Shown in pieces: positions 59,004 through 64,000 of a stretch of DNA of 64,000 bases. The position numbers and the translations under genes were made by a program. Below the pieces are notes generated by a model. That model made no database searches, was not told where the DNA came from, and worked only from the letters and a program-made list of their open reading frames with translations. The stretch is from NCBI GenBank assembly GCA_963822445.1, contig CAWGHO010000001.1:1440001-1504000 (forward strand). Reading direction: 5' to 3'. Every line of letters starts with the position of its first letter. Within the stretch, counting starts at the first letter, position 1. Origin of the DNA: an uncultured Acidobacteriota bacterium (GTDB lineage Bacteria; Acidobacteriota; Thermoanaerobaculia; Gp7-AA8).

Positions 59004-60446
59004 ATGAAGCCGGAGCGCGCGCAGCTCGAATCCGTTCTCGCCTCGCTTCGCTCCCCCTCCCTTCGTTACGCCGACGTCCGTTTCACCGAGACCCATCAGC
59101 AGCACGTCAAAGTCCGCAATGGTGAGGTCGATCATCTTTCCTCGACCGTCGATCGCGCCGTCGGCGTCCGCGTGCTGGTCGGCAACGGCTGGGGATTCGC
59201 GGCGTCGAGCGACGTGAGCGACGCGTCGATCAAGCGAACCGCATTGCGCGCGCTCGAAGTCGCCGCAGCCAGCAATCTCGCCTCGACCCAGCAAGTGCGG
59301 CTCAGCGACGTCGATGCATACGTCGCGAGGGTCGAGACGCCGTTCCAGATCGATCCCTGGTCGGTGCCGATCGCGAAGAAAATCGAGCATCTAATGCAGG
59401 CCACCGAGCCGATGCGCGGCGATCCGCGCATCCATCAGGTCTCCGGCGAGATCTCCTGCTACCGCCAGGCGAAGATCTTCGCCTCAACGGAAGGCAGTTC
59501 CATCGAGCAGACCTCGACCCAGATGGGCGGCGGCATCGAGGCCGTGGCCATCGATGCCGGCGAGTTTCAGCGCCGCACGTATCCCAATCCGTTCGGCGGC
59601 GATTTTCAGGCCGAGGGATGGGAATTCATCGAGCGTCTGGACATGCCCGGCAAGGCCCTGCAGATCCGCGACGAGGCGCTGGCGCTCCTCGCCGCACCGA
59701 AGGCACCGGCCGGCCGCTTCGATCTGATCGTCGGATCGGCGCAGCTCGCCCTGCAGGTCCACGAATCCTGCGGTCATCCAACGGAGCTCGACCGCGCCCT
59801 CGGCCTGGAGATCTCCCTCGCCGGCGGTTCGTTCCTGCAGTTGCCGATGCTCGACAACTTCCGCTACGGCTCGGACCTGGTGAACATCGTCGCCGACGCG
59901 ACGATCCCCGGCTCGATCGGCAGCTTTGCCTTCGACGACGACGGCGTTCCCGGGCAACGCTTCCATCTCGTCGAGAACGGCATGTTCGTTGGCTATCTCA
60001 CCGGCCGCGACACCGCGCCGGACATCGGCCGCGCGTCGAACGGCACCGTCCGCGCGGAGAGCGCGTCGCGAATCCCCATCATCCGCATGACCAACATCAA
60101 CCTCGAGCCGGGCGACGTACCGCTCGACCAGATCATCGCCGACACAAAGCGCGGGATTTTCGTGGAGACGAACAAGTCCTGGTCGATCGACGACCTCCGC
60201 CTGAACTTCCAGTTCGGCTGCGAGGTCGCTTGGGAGATCGAGAACGGCCGCCTCGGCCGCATGCTCCGCAACCCGCTCTACACCGGCAACACGCCCGGCT
60301 TCTGGCGATCGTGCGACGCCATTGCCGACCGCTCCTCCTGGCAGATCTGGGGACTGCCGAATTGCGGCAAAGGCGATCCGATGCAGACCATGCGGGTTGC
60401 CCACGGTGCGCCGGCGGCGAGGTTCAGGAACGTGGAGATGGGATGA
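59004..60446 (+). CDS. tldD: TldD metalloprotease
   Basis: GVRVL.G.GWGFA, HESCGHPTELDR, FDDDG, RMTNINL, CGKG.P. Confidence 0.92.
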   Translation: MKPERAQLESVLASLRSPSLRYADVRFTETHQQHVKVRNGEVDHLSSTVDRAVGVRVLVGNGWGFAASSDVSDASIKRTALRALEVAAASNLASTQQVRLSDVDAYVARVETPFQIDPWSVPIAKKIEHLMQATEPMRGDPRIHQVSGEISCYRQAKIFASTEGSSIEQTSTQMGGGIEAVAIDAGEFQRRTYPNPFGGDFQAEGWEFIERLDMPGKALQIRDEALALLAAPKAPAGRFDLIVGSAQLALQVHESCGHPTELDRALGLEISLAGGSFLQLPMLDNFRYGSDLVNIVADATIPGSIGSFAFDDDGVPGQRFHLVENGMFVGYLTGRDTAPDIGRASNGTVRAESASRIPIIRMTNINLEPGDVPLDQIIADTKRGIFVETNKSWSIDDLRLNFQFGCEVAWEIENGRLGRMLRNPLYTGNTPGFWRSCDAIADRSSWQIWGLPNCGKGDPMQTMRVAHGAPAARFRNVEMG

Positions 60447-61798
60447 AGAGCGAAAGCGATTCGTTCGCCATCCTCGACGCGATTCTCAACGCCGCAAACG
60501 CGGATGAAGCCGACGCGGCGTTCATCTCCGTCGATCAGAACATCTCCCGCTTCGCCAATTCGCAACTGCACCAGAACATGTCCGAAGAGAGCGCGTGGCT
60601 CACCCTGCGCGTGATCGTGGATGGGGCGATGGGCGTGGCCACGACGACGAGCTTCGAGGCCGAGGACATCGCCGAGACCGCGGAGATCGCGCGTGAAGCG
60701 GCGCGGCACTCAAATCCCGTGCAGGGTTTCAAAGGTTTGTATCGCGACAACGAGCCCGTTCCCGACCTGGACACTTTCGACGAAGCCACCGCCAACATCA
60801 GCCCGGCGACGAAGGCACGCGCGTTGCGGACGATGTTCGACGCGCACGGCTCGCTGCAGTTCGCCGGCGCGTACGCAACCGGCGCCGTCTCGGTCGCCTG
60901 CGGCAACACGCACGCCATCCGCCGCTTCGCCCGCACGACCTACTCCGACGCCACCGTGATCGCCCTCGGCCAGGACGTTTCCGGCTACGCCACCCAGCGC
61001 GAACAGCGTGCGAACCGCCTGGATCTCGCCGCGCTCGGCAACGAGGCGGCGCTCAAGGCATCGCTCGCCGCGGGCAAAGTCGAAGATCTGCACCCCGGCG
61101 CGTACGACGTGATCCTCGAGCCGCCCGCGCTCGCCGAGGTCTTCGACTGGATGAACATGATCGCGTTCACCGGCCAGTCCTTCGAGGACGGCTCCTCCTT
61201 CTTCGTCGGCAACCTCGGCAAGCGCATCCTCGGCGAGCAATGCACGCTGATCGACGACGCGACCGATCCTGACTTCCTGCCGTTTCCGTTCGATCTCGAA
61301 GGCATGCCCAAGCGGCCCGTGGCGATGATCGACGCAGGAACGATCCGCACGCCCGTGCTCGACAAAGCATGGGCCGATCGCCTCGGTCTGCCCGCGACGG
61401 CGAACGCCTGGTCGCTTGGGTCCTCCGAGCACGGAGCGGCCTTTCACGTATCGATGGCCGGCGGCAATACCACTCGCGAAGAGATGATCGCCTCCACGAA
61501 GCTCGGCATCTGGGTCACGCGCTTCAACTACGTCAACGGCCTGCTCGAGCCGAAAACCGCGCTGATGACCGGGACCACCCGCGACGGGACGTTCCTCATC
61601 CGCGACGGCGAAGTAGTGGCCCGCCTGCCGAACCTCCGCTGGACGCAATCGATGGTCGAAGCCTTCAGCAACATCGAGTCGCTTTCGCGGGAGCGGCGCA
61701 ACGTCGGCACCTGGTACAACACCTTCGGCGGGACGCGGGCTCCGGTGGTGAAGATCAGAGGTTGGCAGATTACGGGCAAACAGGAGAGCGCTGGATAG
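60443..61798 (+). CDS. pmbA: TldE/PmbA partner subunit
   Basis: RFANSQLHQN, PG.YDVILEP, PFDLEG, TGTTRDG; ATGA overlap with tldD. Confidence 0.88.
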   Translation: MKSESDSFAILDAILNAANADEADAAFISVDQNISRFANSQLHQNMSEESAWLTLRVIVDGAMGVATTTSFEAEDIAETAEIAREAARHSNPVQGFKGLYRDNEPVPDLDTFDEATANISPATKARALRTMFDAHGSLQFAGAYATGAVSVACGNTHAIRRFARTTYSDATVIALGQDVSGYATQREQRANRLDLAALGNEAALKASLAAGKVEDLHPGAYDVILEPPALAEVFDWMNMIAFTGQSFEDGSSFFVGNLGKRILGEQCTLIDDATDPDFLPFPFDLEGMPKRPVAMIDAGTIRTPVLDKAWADRLGLPATANAWSLGSSEHGAAFHVSMAGGNTTREEMIASTKLGIWVTRFNYVNGLLEPKTALMTGTTRDGTFLIRDGEVVARLPNLRWTQSMVEAFSNIESLSRERRNVGTWYNTFGGTRAPVVKIRGWQITGKQESAG

Positions 61799-61827
61799 CA
61801 GTTTGCAGTCCGAACCGCACTGAACCG

Positions 61828-62751
61828 ATGACGCAGTACATCATCCGGAGATTCCTGCAGATGATCCCGATAACTCTGGGGATCATCACGCTCATCTTCT
61901 CGCTGATCCACCTGATTCCGGGCGACCCGGCGGTGCAGATCGCGGGCGAGGGCGCTCGGCCGGAAGACGTCGCCCAGGTCCGGAAGGATCTTGGGCTCGA
62001 CCTGCCGCTCTGGCAGCAGTACGTGACCTATCTCGGCAATCTGGCGAAGGGCGACCTCGGGATCTCGTTCCGGACGCGGGAAAGCGTGGCCAAGGAGATC
62101 GCCGTCCGCTATCCGGCCACGATGCAGCTCGCGGCCGGGGCGATGTTCGTGGCCCTGCTCGTGGCCTTTCCGCTGGGGATCATTTCCGCGATCTACAGAA
62201 ACTCCTGGATCGACAACGTGGCGCGGTTCTTCGCTCTGATCGGCGTGTCCATGCCCAGCTTCTGGTTCGGTCCGCTGCTGATCATCGCCTTCGCCATCAA
62301 TCACCCCTGGTTCCCCGTCTCCGGCCGGGAGGAAGGCTGGAAGTCGCTGGTGCTCCCCTCGCTGACGATGGGCCTCGCGCTCGCGGCAATCCTCACCCGC
62401 ATGATCCGCGTCAGCCTCGCGGAAGAGCTCAACCAGCTTTACGTAACCACGGCCATCGCCAAGGGCGTGACGCGGCAGAAAGCGATCTTCCGCCACGCGC
62501 TGAAGAACGCGCTCATTCCGGTCATCACCATCCTCGCGCTGCAATTCGGCTCGCTGCTGACCGGCGCGATCATCACCGAGCAGATCTTCTCGTGGCCCGG
62601 CCTGGGACGCCTGCTCATTCAATCGATCAACACCCGCGACTACCCGCAGGTTCAGGCTTCGATTCTGATCATTGCGCTGACGTACATCATGGTGAATTTC
62701 ATTTCGGACCTCCTCTATGGAGTGGTCGATCCGCGGATCAAGCTCGAATGA
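61828..62751 (+). CDS. dppB: Peptide/nickel ABC transporter permease (DppB-like)
   Basis: IPGDP, GDLG.S, AKG......RHALKNA, DPRI. Confidence 0.9.
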   Translation: MTQYIIRRFLQMIPITLGIITLIFSLIHLIPGDPAVQIAGEGARPEDVAQVRKDLGLDLPLWQQYVTYLGNLAKGDLGISFRTRESVAKEIAVRYPATMQLAAGAMFVALLVAFPLGIISAIYRNSWIDNVARFFALIGVSMPSFWFGPLLIIAFAINHPWFPVSGREEGWKSLVLPSLTMGLALAAILTRMIRVSLAEELNQLYVTTAIAKGVTRQKAIFRHALKNALIPVITILALQFGSLLTGAIITEQIFSWPGLGRLLIQSINTRDYPQVQASILIIALTYIMVNFISDLLYGVVDPRIKLE

Positions 62752-62825
62752 GTCGCAGAGTCTCAAAGTCGCAGAGTCTCAGAGAGAAATTCTTTGAGAC
62801 TTTGCGACTCTGAGACTTTGAGACT
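62751..62825. repeat. Fold-back element of octamers AGTC(G/T)CA(G/A)
   Basis: AGTCGCAG AGTCTCAA AGTCGCAG AGTCTCAG / TTGAGACT TTGCGACT CTGAGACT TTGAGACT; fills the dppB-dppC spacer. Confidence 0.9.
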
Positions 62826-62831
62826 GCGAAC

Positions 62832-63668
62832 ATGAAGACCCTCAAACGCCTGCTGAAGAATTTCGCGTTCACGTCAGGTCTGATCCTGACGCTGCTGCTC
62901 GTCCTCGCGGCGCTGGCGGCACCGCTGCTCGCGACACACGATCCGAATCTGCAGGACACGTCGCGGCGTCTCGAGGCACCGTCGAACGATCATCTTCTCG
63001 GCCTCGACGATCTCGGCCGCGACGTTTACTCGAGAATCATCTACGGCGCGCGGGTCTCGCTCCGCGTCGGCTTCAGCGTGGTCATCGCCGCGTCGCTCAT
63101 CGGCGTCACGCTCGGCGCGATCTCCGGTTACTTCGGCGGCATTGCCGACGTGATCGTGATGCGCCTCTGCGACATCCTCCTCGCCTTCCCGGGAATCCTT
63201 CTCGCCATCGCCCTGGTGGCCGTCCTCGGCCCGAACCTCATCAACGTCATCCTCGCGCTGTCGATCATCGGCTGGGTCGGTTACGCGCGGCTCGTGCGCG
63301 GGCAGGTTCTGAAGGTACGGGAGATGGAGTACGTCGTGGCCGCGAAAGCGCTCGGCGCGAAGTCGCCGCGCGTGATCGTGAAACACGTCCTGCCGAATGT
63401 CATCAATCCGGTGATCGTCATGGCCACCCTCGGCCTGGCCGGCGCGATCCTCGCCGAGGCGGCGCTTTCGTTTCTTGGGCTGGGGGTGCAGCCGCCGACG
63501 CCGTCGTGGGGCGCGATGCTGACGTCCGGCCGCCGCTACCTCGGCCTCGCCAACCATCTGGCGATCTTCCCCGGCGCCGCGATCATGCTCGCCGTGATGG
63601 GCTTGAACTTCCTCGGCGACGGCCTGATCGACGCGCTCGATCCGAAGTACCGCAAAGAAATCCGCTAG
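62832..63668 (+). CDS. dppC: Peptide/nickel ABC transporter permease (DppC-like)
   Basis: HLLG.D.LGRD..SR, EYV.AAKALG, LSFLGLG, SWG.ML, NFLGDGL. Confidence 0.92.
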   Translation: MKTLKRLLKNFAFTSGLILTLLLVLAALAAPLLATHDPNLQDTSRRLEAPSNDHLLGLDDLGRDVYSRIIYGARVSLRVGFSVVIAASLIGVTLGAISGYFGGIADVIVMRLCDILLAFPGILLAIALVAVLGPNLINVILALSIIGWVGYARLVRGQVLKVREMEYVVAAKALGAKSPRVIVKHVLPNVINPVIVMATLGLAGAILAEAALSFLGLGVQPPTPSWGAMLTSGRRYLGLANHLAIFPGAAIMLAVMGLNFLGDGLIDALDPKYRKEIR

Positions 63669-63743
63669 GCCGGGCCGGCACGGCCGGCAGCGCTGGTTGC
63701 TGCGCTCGTGCACGTGCGGCTGCCCTGAGGCACACTCTCCGCG

Positions 63744-64000
63744 ATGGCCAATCCCGTCCGCGTTGTCTCCCTGGTTCCCTCACTGACTGAAACCCTCTTC
63801 GACCTCGGCGCCGGCGACGCGGTCGTCGGGATCACCGACTTCTGCATCTTTCCGCCGGATCTCGATCTGCCGCGCGTCGGCGGAACGAAGAATCCGCGCA
63901 TCGACGAGATTCGCGCGCTCGCGCCGGACCTCGTGCACATGAACTTCGAGGAGAACCTCCGGCGTCACGCCGAGGCGATCAGGGAGTTCGCTACGGTCCA
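63744..64000 (+). CDS. Helical-backbone metal/cobalamin-binding protein (BtuF-like), truncated by the window end
   Basis: MANPVRVVSLVPSLTETLFDLG...VVGITDFC..P...VGGTKNP. Confidence 0.85.
   Translation, partial: MANPVRVVSLVPSLTETLFDLGAGDAVVGITDFCIFPPDLDLPRVGGTKNPRIDEIRALAPDLVHMNFEENLRRHAEAIREFATV

Noticed and set aside
61797-61827. Possible degenerate heptamer element between tldE and dppB
   Set aside because: Only two weak units per side; cannot be distinguished from chance.

Overview
GC-rich, gene-dense chromosomal segment of a diderm bacterium (lpxC present). Gene content and style suggest Acidobacteriota, probably Thermoanaerobaculia-like; this assignment is inference. Housekeeping and core genes: mutL, yraN, pnuC, tRNA-Gly(GCC), lpxC-DUF4390-ntrY-ntrX, smpB, accD-folC-glyA-cysG-like, ruvX-mltG, dprA, queD, pcm, tldD/tldE and dppBC. 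These are interleaved with a large cell-surface repertoire: seven GT-C-type membrane glycosyltransferases (four are tandem paralogs), two type IV pilins, pilT, two atypical Omp85 proteins and a pseudokinase-TonB fusion. Three signals stand out. (1) An ~11 kb sigma54-driven putative exopolysaccharide system (47.9-58.9 kb). It combines a PgaC/IcaA-like synthase, a TPR/beta-barrel exporter, a small single-TM protein, a phosphodiester glycosidase, two LCP proteins and a BcsE-like KaiC-ATPase/REC*/GGDEF* protein with two RxxD motifs. (2) Seven intergenic elements built of about 4 tandem 7- or 8-mers, six of them followed by the inverted copies. They use different unit sequences but one architecture and often overlap stop or start codons. 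(3) Nine sigma54 -24/-12 promoters, four predicting near-leaderless mRNAs, plus many sigma70 -10 boxes directly before start codons. folC and pilT carry frameshifts that look like sequencing or assembly indels. No CRISPR array, rRNA, integrase or transposase was seen.
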